A DNA stretch of 64,000 nt. Source: a virus. Made by a program: the position numbers and the translations under genes. The stretch is from the IMG/VR virus record IMGVR_UViG_3300037189_023236; one strand, given 5' to 3'. This document shows positions 1 to 11,000 of the stretch, in pieces. The notes below the pieces were generated by a model, which saw nothing but the letters and a program-made list of their open reading frames with translations, made no database searches and was not told the origin of the DNA. Numbering within the stretch: the stretch's first letter is position 1; each line of letters starts with the position of its first letter.

Positions 1-496
1 TTGATGTAACATGCCCCAGCACAAACAACGTTTGATGCATTTTGTCGATGATGGCGCGTAAACCGGTACCGATTGCCACAGAAACTTCGGCGATTGACGT
101 TGCGCCGGGAATTTCTGCCGTATTTGGTTTGCCGTCCACACTAAAGTCAATCGTGATTTTTGAAATCTTGACAGATTCAGGCAGAGGTGCCGTTTGCGGA
201 AGCCCGTTGAGCGGCATTGCCAGTTCTCGCAGGGCTAAATACTGCGCGTACAACTTGTAGAAGTCAGCACTATTATCCCTAATCGCGATAGCTGGGTCTT
301 CGATTGAGATCTGCGTCTGCCCGGGGTCATTTGCGGCAGATTTGACGCCGATACCAACACCGGCAGCCGCAGCAGTCAACGCCGGCATAGACAACTTGGC
401 GGTCGTCGTTACCGTTGTAGTGTTGCTGCTGGTTTTGCACGACGCATTGTCGCACGCTTCAGGATTGCACTTTTCTTTTTTGCATTTTTTTGCCAT
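1..496 (-). CDS. hypothetical protein, runs off the left window edge (MAKKCKKEKCNPEAC...)
   Basis: ATG at 496 just after the stop of the 510..905 gene; frame open to position 1; absent from the ORF track because it has no stop in the window. Confidence 0.7.
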   Translation of the reverse strand, partial: MAKKCKKEKCNPEACDNASCKTSSNTTTVTTTAKLSMPALTAAAAGVGIGVKSAANDPGQTQISIEDPAIAIRDNSADFYKLYAQYLALRELAMPLNGLPQTAPLPESVKISKITIDFSVDGKPNTAEIPGATSIAEVSVAIGTGLRAIIDKMHQTLFVLGHVTS

Positions 497-509
497 GTGG
501 CTACCTACT

Positions 510-905
510 TTAATCAAAAGCTATTGCGAACCCGAACCAGTACCGCATAGCTATCACGGCACCAGCAGAATTACTTACGAGCTCAACAGGGTTACCTGTC
601 ACAATATGCAAACATTCTGGCGCAGACGCAAGTTGCGTGGCGCATGATAATCCAAGTCTAAACGCTATTGCTAATGCGGTGTCGCCTTGTGCCGGCAAGT
701 CATACTTAAAAAGCGGAATACGCACATACTCGTCCGACGCGGCAGACGCCCACGTTAATGCCGCGTTTTCCAAAATTGGCGCGTCTAAAACTAGCCATTT
801 GCGCGTATCGTCTTTTCTTGGAAAAACGAAAGCCGGCTGAAACGCTTCTTCAGGCCAGGCTGCGCGCGTTTTAACTAGATCAACGCGGGTAGTTTTTACG
901 ACCAT
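510..905 (-). CDS. hypothetical protein
   Basis: 131 aa, tightly packed in the minus-strand run, GAGG upstream. Confidence 0.6.
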   Translation of the reverse strand: MVVKTTRVDLVKTRAAWPEEAFQPAFVFPRKDDTRKWLVLDAPILENAALTWASAASDEYVRIPLFKYDLPAQGDTALAIAFRLGLSCATQLASAPECLHIVTGNPVELVSNSAGAVIAMRYWFGFAIAFD

Positions 906-907
906 AT

Positions 908-1639
908 TTAACCTCGTGCTACATAGTCGTAACCGATTGGCGATTCCGCGCGACCGCGGCGTGTAGACTGAGATTCAACACCAAATTCATTAGCGTTGAT
1001 CCAAAGGTTGTCTCGAAAATGCCCAAGCGGTAAATCATGTTGCCGCAGCAGCTCGCCTAGCATGACGTCGCCGCCTCTGTGTTTAAACTGCGGCGGCGGC
1101 CAGTCAAACCGCGTCAGCACATCCGCGCGAATCGTCCACCAACCGCCAGCGGCAAACTGTATGTATTGCTGCGGCTCTTTGCCGTTATACCACGCTTGCG
1201 CTTTTATCCAGTCGGGCTGATTGCCTATGTACCTAGTTTTATGCACAGACCCCAACATGGCGTACGCATGCATTTGCCGCTGAATGCGCGAAAGCCACGC
1301 GTTTAAATCAGTAGAGGGGATTATGCAAGAATCATCGTCAAACCACATAAGATAAGACGATGTTAAAGTGCGGTCATACAATAACCGCCGCATCATCGGG
1401 TACTTGTGTATGTTTTCGGGGCAGTCGACGACTAGCGCACCAGGAAAGCTATCGTGCACGGCTTGATGCACGAACGTTCTCGTCTGCTCGCTAACTGCGT
1501 TTAATCCAAACCGAAAATCTATACCCGCGGCCCCCAAACCACACAGCGGTGTATTTATCACGCGCTGCGCCATACGGAAACAATAGTCGTCTGTTCCGTA
1601 CAGTAAAACACAAACACAAAACTGCGAATTTGACAACAT
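908..1639 (-). CDS. glycosyltransferase, GT-A fold (GT2-like)
   Basis: YLMWFDDDS (DxD-type motif), FAAGGWW and GGDVMLG resemble GT-A conserved segments. Confidence 0.65.
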   Translation of the reverse strand: MLSNSQFCVCVLLYGTDDYCFRMAQRVINTPLCGLGAAGIDFRFGLNAVSEQTRTFVHQAVHDSFPGALVVDCPENIHKYPMMRRLLYDRTLTSSYLMWFDDDSCIIPSTDLNAWLSRIQRQMHAYAMLGSVHKTRYIGNQPDWIKAQAWYNGKEPQQYIQFAAGGWWTIRADVLTRFDWPPPQFKHRGGDVMLGELLRQHDLPLGHFRDNLWINANEFGVESQSTRRGRAESPIGYDYVARG

Positions 1640-1666
1640 TTAACGCATCCGTGCATTAAACGCAGC

Positions 1667-2218
1667 TTACACGCCAAGAGACTTTTTTGGCTTTGCTACT
1701 GCTATTGGTAGAACAACCGGACCGACATTAGACGCTAAAAGCAATTGTACAACCGTCTCGACGTCTTTGCGTATGGCATTCGCGTTTTTGTTGTTTTCCT
1801 GGTAATGATTTACCAGGCTGTTAAACGCGCCAAGAAATTTATCGCGCGACTTTATTGAGTTAAACGAAAACCGCACCGAAAACTGCGTAACTGTTTCGCC
1901 AATCTGCTCTGGTACGGTTTTGTTCTCTGTCCAGGCGCCATTTTTCAATTCGCGCGTATAGACGTTGTACAACTTGCCCAGGTAATCGTAAATCAGCAAG
2001 AACGGACTTGCGTCAATGTCTTCAGCCATTGAGAAAATGTGAGGGTGGCTCGACGACACAATAAACGGCAGCTTTTCGGCTATTGTTGCGTCCGTGTTTA
2101 CGCGGCTAAACGGCACGTAAAACAAACGCTCGCCATCTTTTGTTTTTCGGCAGACGGCCACTTCAAGGGCAGCGACGCCGGGCTCTATGACGACTGGGAC
2201 GTTTTTGAAAAACAACAT
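1667..2218 (-). CDS. hypothetical protein
   Basis: Start chosen at MLFFK (2218), 4 nt after the upstream stop, avoiding a long overlap. Confidence 0.6.
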   Translation of the reverse strand: MLFFKNVPVVIEPGVAALEVAVCRKTKDGERLFYVPFSRVNTDATIAEKLPFIVSSSHPHIFSMAEDIDASPFLLIYDYLGKLYNVYTRELKNGAWTENKTVPEQIGETVTQFSVRFSFNSIKSRDKFLGAFNSLVNHYQENNKNANAIRKDVETVVQLLLASNVGPVVLPIAVAKPKKSLGV

Positions 2219-2222
2219 ACTG

Positions 2223-3074
2223 CTACCGTGTAATACCTTTCTTTTTCTCGTGCTGCGCAGGCGGTTCGGCTTCGTCGCCGTCCGCCGACTCAGCATCGAT
2301 ATGCTCCGCAAATTTTCGACAAAGCGCTTGGTGCGTGTCGATTACTTCTTGCATCTTGTGGAAATTTTCTGTGATTTCCGCCATGTAGCCGCGTACGGTT
2401 TCCGTAATGTCTGATGACGCCATATTCATAAGCGCGTCGTACAACCCGTCGTCCTCTACCCACAGCTTTTCCGACCGCGAAATAAATTTTCGCTGATGTT
2501 CAAGTAGATCGTACACGCGCTGTTTTAAACCTTTTGGCGCTGCCGGGCCGCGCCCTGCTCTTTTTTCTTCGCCACGAATTTCGTTTAGCTCAACGGCCAG
2601 CGCTTTTGTAGTGTATGCTTCGCTTACACAACGATCTTCTATGACTTTGCGCTGGTCAGGATCTTGCACGGTCAGCAGAAGCTGCACGTGAGATGCTGTA
2701 ACGCGCCACGTCGGTCGAGCCGGGCAGCGGCGATTAATGAGCGCGTCTATGCTCTCCTGAGAGGGATAGTTTTCAAACAACTGCCGCGACGTATTGAAAG
2801 AGTCGGCCGTGTAGATTTTATTGAAAGCGTTGAGCAGCAGTGCAGACGGACTTACGTGATTTGCAAGTTGCTCTTCTGTCAGATATTGCTCAGGATCGTT
2901 GTCAATTTCAAACAGCATCTGGCCAACACGCCACATAGCCATAATGTTAGCTGCGTGTTGCTCTGTCACGAGTTCTGTGACGCGCATAATAACCTGTTGC
3001 AAATTTGTGTGCAAATCAGCAACGTTGATCAGGTCATTGCGCTGTGCGTTAACAGTATTTAGTTGCATTGTCAC
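2223..3074 (-). CDS. DUF1016/YhcG N-terminal-like protein
   Basis: MWRVGQML and VTASHVQLLLTVQDPDQRKVIEDRCVSEAYTTKAL resemble the YhcG-N pattern (W.IG...; SH..LL...R.......WS...L); GGAGGTGAGG RBS. Confidence 0.45.
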   Translation of the reverse strand: MTMQLNTVNAQRNDLINVADLHTNLQQVIMRVTELVTEQHAANIMAMWRVGQMLFEIDNDPEQYLTEEQLANHVSPSALLLNAFNKIYTADSFNTSRQLFENYPSQESIDALINRRCPARPTWRVTASHVQLLLTVQDPDQRKVIEDRCVSEAYTTKALAVELNEIRGEEKRAGRGPAAPKGLKQRVYDLLEHQRKFISRSEKLWVEDDGLYDALMNMASSDITETVRGYMAEITENFHKMQEVIDTHQALCRKFAEHIDAESADGDEAEPPAQHEKKKGITR

Positions 3075-3090
3075 ACCTCACCTCCTTGAG

Positions 3091-4242
3091 TTAAACCTTA
3101 CCAAACGCCTTTTTTGTCGCGGGCAAAAGAAGCGATAACCCCACAGACTGAATTTTTTCGCGTACGTGCGTCGGCTGATTTCTCGCGTGTTTTAAAGTTG
3201 CGCACACAAGATCGTAGCCGTTCCGCGTTTCTAGTACTTTTCCTGTATACGCATCTAGCGGATTGCGCGGCTCAATGTCCGCTCCTGAAAAGGCTGCGTT
3301 TCTTACAATTGCGCGCGCCGTTTCTTTAGACAGTCCAAAGCTGACTAGGTAACCAATCCATTTTTTGACTACCGTTTCGAACTCGGTTTGGTTGTCTGTA
3401 AAACCTAATTTGAATTCGCGTAGAGTAGCTATACGCTGTTTTAGCTCTACCATATCGATTGATTTGGTAAATGTGCGCACAACGAGTTGAGCTGTGCGAC
3501 CAGATAAATCAGTGCCTACATGCGGCAATCTGTTTCTGTTTTTATCCGTCGCGAGAGCTACGCCAAACCGCGTATACAAACAAGGTATGGCACGCACAGA
3601 ATTGCCCGCGTCCTCTCGATTACAAAAATACCAGCCGGCCGCGAAAACGTGTCGGGAATCCGGATGCGCGTCAGTCGTCTTGGTGGCGGGATCAAGAATG
3701 TACACCCGCAACTCTCGGCCTACAAGTTCAGCTCTGTAAAAAATTGTGTCGTCTGGTTTGTCTGTTCGGGCATTTTGAATTGTCTCGAAAAACACAGAAT
3801 TATCGAGCAGCTTGTGGTTGAGCCCGAGAAATCCGTCAACAACCCGATCGTGGTGGTCGATAAGAAGATTGCGCTCGCGTAATGTTTCGAACCTGACGCG
3901 CAATGCTTCGTTATAGATACTGACCGCAGACGGCAAACTATATGCGTCTGCGTCGATAAGTTTAGACGGCGACTCGCCAGATATTTCGCCAAAAACGCGA
4001 TGCAAGCCAATGGCTATCGCGTCGCACACAGCGATAAACCCGAGCACATTGAAGCGATAGCCCGTATCAGTAAACTTACCGGCTGCAGTAAGCGTCAGTT
4101 GCTCTGCATCTGACAGAGGTACAAGCTCAGTGTGCGCGCTACGCTTGTCTATAAAAGCCGCGCAGTCAGCTTCTTGGTCTTGTGAAAAAGACAAAGCGGT
4201 AACCGGAACGAAAATGCTGCGGTATTTTCTGTTCGGGCCCAT
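3091..4242 (-). CDS. DUF932-like protein
   Basis: 383 aa; AGWYFCNREDAGNSVRAIPCLY resembles the DUF932 G...NS..G..S motif. Confidence 0.4.
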   Translation of the reverse strand: MGPNRKYRSIFVPVTALSFSQDQEADCAAFIDKRSAHTELVPLSDAEQLTLTAAGKFTDTGYRFNVLGFIAVCDAIAIGLHRVFGEISGESPSKLIDADAYSLPSAVSIYNEALRVRFETLRERNLLIDHHDRVVDGFLGLNHKLLDNSVFFETIQNARTDKPDDTIFYRAELVGRELRVYILDPATKTTDAHPDSRHVFAAGWYFCNREDAGNSVRAIPCLYTRFGVALATDKNRNRLPHVGTDLSGRTAQLVVRTFTKSIDMVELKQRIATLREFKLGFTDNQTEFETVVKKWIGYLVSFGLSKETARAIVRNAAFSGADIEPRNPLDAYTGKVLETRNGYDLVCATLKHARNQPTHVREKIQSVGLSLLLPATKKAFGKV

Positions 4243-4251
4243 ACCGTAAGC

Positions 4252-4815
4252 CTAATTTGAAAACCACGCCGGACCTATAGCAGTACAAAGATTTTTTAAC
4301 GGCTCGACAATGAACGGTCGTTTATTTGCCGTCGGTAGCATCACGAACTGCTGTCGGGCGCCATCAGGCAACCGAGTGTCGGCAAGGCTGCTAAAACTAT
4401 GCGCGCAGAACGCTGTCTTAATCACAGGAAAGACAAAAACGTAGCTGTCGCTCATCGGGTCAATCTCGTTGATAGCCAGTTCTTTAGCTATCGCCTTTAC
4501 CAGCCTGTTTTTCGGGGCGGGTTTGAACAAATCAGGCAGCGTAGTTTTATGAAGAAACGGAACGCGCCGCCCAAGCAATACACCCGGAAAAGCAGTATAC
4601 GTCGCGTTGAACCAGGCAAAATTAAGCTTAGTCTGCTGCGTCTTTGCACGACAGTCAGATGCAAGACGGCCCCAGCCGTTTGGTTTTAGTCCGCAATCCG
4701 TGAATATGCGCTTGATGACGCGCTCTTCGTACGCCAGCTGCCGGAGGATTTTTAAGTCCTCGGCAGCTGGCGTACTTTCATTGAACAGGTTATCGAAAAA
4801 TTCTTCGCGCGACAT
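4252..4815 (-). CDS. hypothetical protein
   Basis: 187 aa, operon packing. Confidence 0.6.
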   Translation of the reverse strand: MSREEFFDNLFNESTPAAEDLKILRQLAYEERVIKRIFTDCGLKPNGWGRLASDCRAKTQQTKLNFAWFNATYTAFPGVLLGRRVPFLHKTTLPDLFKPAPKNRLVKAIAKELAINEIDPMSDSYVFVFPVIKTAFCAHSFSSLADTRLPDGARQQFVMLPTANKRPFIVEPLKNLCTAIGPAWFSN

Positions 4816-4820
4816 TGTCG

Positions 4821-5075
4821 TTAAACGTCGTCTTTTTCTGCCATAGCCGCCGTATGGTTCTCAATCGCATCGGCGATTCGGCATAGCCCGGCTGTTACGC
4901 CCATTACTGCTTCAGTAAGAGACGTAACGAAACCGCCAGAAGCATCGTGGCCGCCGGAAATAATAGTGTCGCCTCGGCCACGTGGTGTAATAGCTGTATC
5001 AAGTTCACCGAGTGCGCGAACAATTGCATCAACAGCATCTTTCACATCGTCGCTACTTTTCGTCGTTTTACGCAC
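4821..5075 (-). CDS. hypothetical protein
   Basis: 84 aa, GTG start with AGGAGG RBS. Confidence 0.6.
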   Translation of the reverse strand: MRKTTKSSDDVKDAVDAIVRALGELDTAITPRGRGDTIISGGHDASGGFVTSLTEAVMGVTAGLCRIADAIENHTAAMAEKDDV

Positions 5076-5085
5076 AAATCACCTC

Positions 5086-6456
5086 CTATTCAGAAAACTG
5101 TCCAAGCGGATCAAGATCTGCAGGCACAAGATCTTCCAAAGCACCAGCTGCCGCCATGAGCTCTGGATTATCGGTCGTCTGCTTGTCTTTAAGCTGCGAC
5201 ATAACCTGCTCCCGGTATTTAACAGCCGGATCACAGATGGCGTAAGCATTGACGCCTAGCAAACCGTCAAGCAGGCTGCGCATCTTCTTGTTCTCCTCGA
5301 TCATCATCGAAATCTCGACTTCAGGAACGGCTTCCTGCTTCGAGATTCCGAGGGCGCTGGAAAACACAAGCGGCGTGTCGGCGTTTTTAGTGCCGTGCTT
5401 GTACTCAAGATCGCACACCTGCCTAAGAATCTCACCCAGCTTGGGATCGTGGCCCGGCTGCGGTTTACGCTCTGGATCCTGCAGATCGAGTAGCAGTCTG
5501 GTAGAGGCGGTATGCCAATCCCAGTAATGGTGCTGCTGCTGCTTATACGCCTGATCGCCGTTTTCGTCGCGGTATGCAATGGTTTTGGGATACCAAAGCA
5601 GGTTGACGACGATACGCCGGCCAGGAGCGCCAAGATTGTTCTTGGTCGCAATAATCCGCACCTGCTGCCCCTGAGCGCCATTACGCTCAATCAGCTTGGC
5701 AGACACTCGATCCATATCAAGGATTAACGTGGGATAATAGTCAAGGCTTGCCCCACCCGGAGCGTACTTCTTTGGCGCGCCGAATCCCATCTGATTAATT
5801 TCTTCTTTCAGATGGTTCGTTGCAACAAACGCAATCGGATAATGCCGAAGCGTCGGTACAAGCGCTGTTCGCATAAAGTCAGACAAGTTACGCGCTAGGT
5901 ATGGATGCCCAGCCGCAGCGTGTCCTTCTTCAGCCACCTTTTCGACGCGACGCTCAACCTCGACAGCCGAGATAGAGTCTACGCCGATGCACATTGGATA
6001 CACCTCGTTGCCGGCGTCAGCTTGCTTGTGAATAAGCTGACACAGACTAATGTACTTCTTCTGCCACTCTTCAACGCTGGCAGCTTCGACAACTACAGCC
6101 CGTTTCGTGTATTCCGGGTTGTGGCCGAACATGCCGTCAATCATGCTGCGGCTACTTTTGTGCTCGGTGTCGATCATGACGCCACCGCCGCCATACATGG
6201 CAAACCAGCGCATGACCTCGATGAGCATAGCCGATTTACCGGCGCTAAATTGCCCACGCAGCTGAACAAACCGAGACAGCGGAAAGATATTGCTTTGAAG
6301 CAGGTACCTTGCCGCTAGTGACGGTAGTGGTAAGCCGATAAGCGGATCCTGCTCTTCGGCTGTTGCTTTGAGAATCTCTGTAATAACAGGATGCTCACCA
6401 AGTGGTGCGGTGACATCAATACCGGCAGTTACTTCACTTTTTTTACGTCGGCCCAT
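5086..6456 (-). CDS. RecA/UvsX-like recombinase
   Basis: Walker A GQFSAGKS, IDTE, Walker B GVDS, ATNH, APGG, KNN; start MGRRKK with GAGG RBS. Confidence 0.85.
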   Translation of the reverse strand: MGRRKKSEVTAGIDVTAPLGEHPVITEILKATAEEQDPLIGLPLPSLAARYLLQSNIFPLSRFVQLRGQFSAGKSAMLIEVMRWFAMYGGGGVMIDTEHKSSRSMIDGMFGHNPEYTKRAVVVEAASVEEWQKKYISLCQLIHKQADAGNEVYPMCIGVDSISAVEVERRVEKVAEEGHAAAGHPYLARNLSDFMRTALVPTLRHYPIAFVATNHLKEEINQMGFGAPKKYAPGGASLDYYPTLILDMDRVSAKLIERNGAQGQQVRIIATKNNLGAPGRRIVVNLLWYPKTIAYRDENGDQAYKQQQHHYWDWHTASTRLLLDLQDPERKPQPGHDPKLGEILRQVCDLEYKHGTKNADTPLVFSSALGISKQEAVPEVEISMMIEENKKMRSLLDGLLGVNAYAICDPAVKYREQVMSQLKDKQTTDNPELMAAAGALEDLVPADLDPLGQFSE

Positions 6457-6482
6457 AGTATCCTCGTGGTTTGTAAAAGATT

Positions 6483-6518
6483 GGGATGGGGGCTTGTGAA
6501 ACATCAAGCCCCCATCCC
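6483..6518 (-). terminator. hairpin / putative intrinsic terminator
   Basis: 14-bp perfect inverted repeat GGGATGGGGGCTTG/CAAGCCCCCATCCC followed by AATCTTTT on the minus strand. Confidence 0.65.
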
Positions 6519-6537
6519 GCAGATCTTGGCTAATTAA

Positions 6538-7953
6538 TTAGCCGTTTCGCCGAGCCGCCTGAAGAGCAGCCTGCGCTTTTGCCCGAGCCTCAGCGACAAT
6601 GTCTGCCGTCTGCGGCTTGTTGCCAAATGGCGCGGACGCTGCTGCTGCGGACTTCATGCCCATCTGCAGCTGCGCGAGCGCGGCTTCGGCATCCGGATCG
6701 ATATCGTCTGCATCCGGAACAATAGAGCTAATAGCCGGCGCCGTCGTGGTTGTGGTCGCAGCGTTGATAGCATGCGCCGTCGCCACGGACGAGGCTACGC
6801 CAGTCGGCGGCTGAAAGCGCGCTTGCGGCGCCTCAACCGTCGTTGTCCCACGGCGTAGATACCGGATGTACTCCGGATGATCACGCCACGCGAAATCAAG
6901 AGCTTCGCGCGGGAACGACTCAGCCATTAGCTCTGCCTGCTCTTCGAAACTCGGCACGTACATCAATTCGTCGAACGTGCTGTTGGCCGTAGCAATCTTA
7001 TTTGCATAAGCGCCAAACGGAACAACCTGTCCGTTGTACGTGTCATGAAGCACAACCCAGTGCTGTTCGCCGGACATCTTGCCGTCCGGCGATGGATTGG
7101 GTTTACCGACAACTACGGCTTCAGCCTGATTTGCAGCTGAAATCGCATATGGCGGCACATACAAATAGTCCGGACCCTCATTCGAAATCGCAAGAGGACG
7201 CGGCGGCTTCGGATGTGCCGCTACGCCATACGACTTCGAGATGACGGTCACGAGCTTGGACGGCCCCGCCGACAGCATATCGCCAGCGAGAAACTGCCCA
7301 TCTGCGCCTTGAACCTGCAGAGCGTTCAGCAGGCTTTCGGCAGCGGTCTTCTTAAACCCGAAGATCCGCGCGTTATTTTCTTTCTGATCAGCCAGATCGA
7401 AGCAACCGAAACCGGGAGTACGATCCGGCTTGTTGTAAAGCTGCGTCGCGCTGACGAACAGAATCTGCTCCGGACGCTTCAGCGAGCCGACATGCGTCTG
7501 CTGCTGAAAACCAGCCGCCCTATTGAGCAAATCACAGAACAAAGCGCCGATGCCAGGCGTTTCCTTGTTCTTGTAAGCCGCTCGATAGAGCAACCACACC
7601 GGACTCTCATACCTATTTACAGCCGGATTGCCGTCCCACACGATGAAGTGCAGACCCGGCTGCCCGAACCACGACACGCACTCATAGGTACGACACCAGT
7701 CGCCGAAGCCGGCATCTTCACGAAACTGCGTCAGCGCCGGTTTGCCGTCGGCGCCAACGATGCGCTGCCCAGACTGATCTGTGGCATACGTAGGAAGAAG
7801 CCGAAGGCAGAGCCCGTCGTCGAGCATCTTTTTGCCGCCGACGATAATTACATTGCGCTGCTTACCGTAACAAAAACGTCTCTTGCCATCTCCATTACCA
7901 GCCTGCTGCGGCGTACCAAAGGAAGCAAGATTCTGACTAGGGAAACGTGCCAT
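6538..7953 (-). CDS. putative ssDNA-binding / recombination mediator protein
   Basis: Lies between polymerase and recA; LRLLP motif as in gp32-like SSBs; low-complexity, partly acidic C-terminal tail. Confidence 0.45.
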   Translation of the reverse strand: MARFPSQNLASFGTPQQAGNGDGKRRFCYGKQRNVIIVGGKKMLDDGLCLRLLPTYATDQSGQRIVGADGKPALTQFREDAGFGDWCRTYECVSWFGQPGLHFIVWDGNPAVNRYESPVWLLYRAAYKNKETPGIGALFCDLLNRAAGFQQQTHVGSLKRPEQILFVSATQLYNKPDRTPGFGCFDLADQKENNARIFGFKKTAAESLLNALQVQGADGQFLAGDMLSAGPSKLVTVISKSYGVAAHPKPPRPLAISNEGPDYLYVPPYAISAANQAEAVVVGKPNPSPDGKMSGEQHWVVLHDTYNGQVVPFGAYANKIATANSTFDELMYVPSFEEQAELMAESFPREALDFAWRDHPEYIRYLRRGTTTVEAPQARFQPPTGVASSVATAHAINAATTTTTAPAISSIVPDADDIDPDAEAALAQLQMGMKSAAAASAPFGNKPQTADIVAEARAKAQAALQAARRNG

Positions 7954-7995
7954 GAAAGCACTCCTTGGGTTAAAGAAAAACCAACCAGTGGCTGT

Positions 7996-8023
7996 ACTCT
8001 ACCACATAGAACGGAGAAGTCCA
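7996..8023 (-). promoter_or_regulatory. putative sigma70-type promoter with extended -10
   Basis: TGGACT-N16-TAGAGT, with TG preceding the -10 (TGgTAGAGT), in the pol-ssb gap. Confidence 0.35.
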
Positions 8024-8048
8024 GCCCTTGTTTTTGACCTATTTTGAC

Positions 8049-11000
8049 CTATTTTTCGAGCAACCAGTCGAGGCCTAAACTCGAGGCCTCGGCAGGTTTA
8101 ATCTTCTCGCCCCAGTGCACAAATACATCACGGTCCATGCCAAAGTGGTACGGCTCGTCTACGGGTATTGCTACTCCGTCTAAATACCGCGGCCAAAATG
8201 GCACGTCGTCAACCATGCATTTTGGTATGACATCTTTGTAAACGCGTTCGGCGTGCGCTACGGGAACAATAAGCACGATAGCGTCATGAATTTGCAGCGC
8301 GATGTCATACTGCACATCCGGATGTTCTTTTCTGTACCGATAAAAATTGGCCAGCGCAATAGATACAGCGTCAGCAACTCCGCCCTGAATCGGGAAGTTT
8401 TGCGCCTGCCGTTGTTGGTCTGCAATGATAGCCTGCGCGCCGTCATCAGAAATCGGCGGCGAAAATCTACGCATACGGCCATACGGGCCTACGATCCAGC
8501 CTGGATCCTGCGACCGCTCTCGGCATTGCGCTAAAAAGGTCTGCGTACCTGGATACGAGTCAAAGTACGCATCGATCATCGCTTGGCACTCAGCCGCCGT
8601 AACTTCGACGCCCTCTTCTTTACACTGCCGAGCGATGGCCTCTGAACCGCGGCCGTACGGAATACCGAAATTCACGTTTTTGGCCGCAACTCGTAAACCT
8701 TTTTTGCCGGCGTCTTTCATGCCGGTTTTTGTCGGTACAACGCCTTTAAGCGCGAAAGTTTTAACGGCTTGCTGCGAGTGAATGTCGTAATGATCTGGGT
8801 GCTCTTCCGGCAGTAAGTTGCGCCGGACGTGTTCAATCATGTTACGATCTTGCGACAACCAAGCTAAGACCGCCAACTCCGCACCAGTGAGATCGGTTTC
8901 GATCCCAACACACCCCTCCGGTACTTTGAGTACCGAGCGCACCGGATGCGTGTAGGCTGGGCCGAGAATGCGCCTGTAGTCGTCCTCTCGCCGTGAGCTG
9001 AGATTTTGCAGCGGCGGCCGAGAACTTGACGCACGCCCGGTTTCTTTTGTTTGAAATAAGTGAGTACGGACTTTACCGTCAGCATGCGCACTGCCGACAA
9101 GACCCTTCTCATAGACATAATTGCCGTTATCATCTGTGTCAAATTCTCCATCATCCTTGACATTAGGCACGCGCAGCACAGATTGTAATACCTGCGCAAT
9201 AAACTTGTAATCACGAATCTTAGCCGCCGTAGTATTGGCGTGGCCAAGAATACCCAGGCTTTCCTTATCCGTGCTCGGCGGCGATTTACTCTGTGTAGCC
9301 GCGTCGATCGTGTGCCACAGCTTCGGTCTCTTTCCCGTTGTCTTGATCGGGGTTAGATCGAGCAGGCGCGCGTCATCAGGAATAGTGATTTTATTGGTGA
9401 AATTCTTCGCGAATTTACGCCCAAACAGCGCCACAGCGAGCTGCGGATGCGATTTTGGGTTAAACGCCGGCCAGTTTAGTTCTTCACGAACTTCGGCTAA
9501 AAGCGTTTCCTGTTGTTCCATAAATATGTTGGCAAGCGCGTCAGTACGATCTCGGTCGATGACCATGCCTGTCATTTCCATTTCAAGAAATGCCAGCGAG
9601 GCCATATGCGCTGTCCAGTACGGCACCCAGCAATCATTACCGTTTGCGTCACATGCTATTTTTCCGTCATAGCCGTTTGTGCCGTAGAAATACATCATGA
9701 TCCGCCGCGTAACGTCTACGTCATAATTCGCGTATGGATGCAACACGTGGCTCGGACATGCACCGTATCCGCCTAACGCGTCTGGTTTAATTTTGTTCTG
9801 CGCGCAAAACGTCTTTTTCCAAACATACAGTTTTTCCCAATATGTCGGCGCGGAGGTAAACCGCATAACGCAGTCATCTAGCGCGTATTTTGCGGTCTCG
9901 TTGCAAGCGTGATAAAGCAGGCTCGTATCCCAGCCGCCCTGCGACCGATTATTTACATCAGGATCCGGCGCGTACTCGTCACGTACGTCGACACCAAAAT
10001 CAATAAGCCACGGCAAGTCAGCGCGGAGAAAGTGCCCGCCCACCCGTACGCGTCGACTAGCGGTTGATTTAAGAAGACGTGTAAGTTGCGTTCTTGCGGC
10101 GTCGAGACTTGGGCGGAATGCCGTTGCGCCGCCCTCATACCGGAGAACAATTGTGCGAGCCCATTTATCTTTGTTGGAAATTTGAATCGTGCGTAAATAT
10201 GCACCGTGCTCAGTCGGGTATTCGCCGTGCCACTCGCAGTCAATAGCGATGATATTAGCGTTGGGATCGGGATCCGCAAGCATAGCGTCAACCGTTTCTG
10301 CCAACGCCTCTTCTGTGTAAATTTCTGCATGATCCACAACCTCTTTCGTTATTAGGACATTGTTTGTCAGCGCAATAAACCGCTGAATCTGTCCTTCAAA
10401 TTCGGCGGTTATGGCCGCATCAGATTTACGCGCAACATATGCTGGATGCAACGACGACATGACTTTGATGTTGTGCGTTGACCCGTCTGGCATGGGTACA
10501 TCAATTTCAGCGACACGGCCGTTAAGTTTTACCGGACTACCGAGAACCGCTTTTACGGCGTCTGCGCCAAGGCAAAGAATGTAGTCTGGTTTGACAAGCC
10601 GAAACTCTTGCGCCATAAGCGGAGCGCAATCTTTAAACCACGCAGCCTCAATGTTTTCAACCTCGGCGTTCTCTGGCGCAAATTTACAAGCAAACGTAAC
10701 AAACCACTTAGCGTATTCAGTGTGCGGTACGTTTGCTTTCTGAATCGCGGTCATAAGCGCGTCAATTCCTCTACCAGCCCAGGCGTCGCGTTTGTGTAGG
10801 TTATCGCGGCCGGGCATTTTCCCAACAACCATAACACGCGCCGGCTTTGGCCCGTAAATAATCGTCGGATCGTCACTCGTTAGATCGCCGACGAGGTGCC
10901 CCGGAACAAACAGCGCAGTAAACGTGCCGCGTTTGCTCAATACTGGAATAGAAAACGTATTATCGTACATTGCGCGACGATACAGATAATCGAGATGTTT

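Noticed and set aside
7213-8037. 274-aa plus-strand ORF and similar antisense ORFs (18416, 19172, 42828, 45350, 46526)
   Set aside because: They shadow well-supported minus-strand genes and have no motifs
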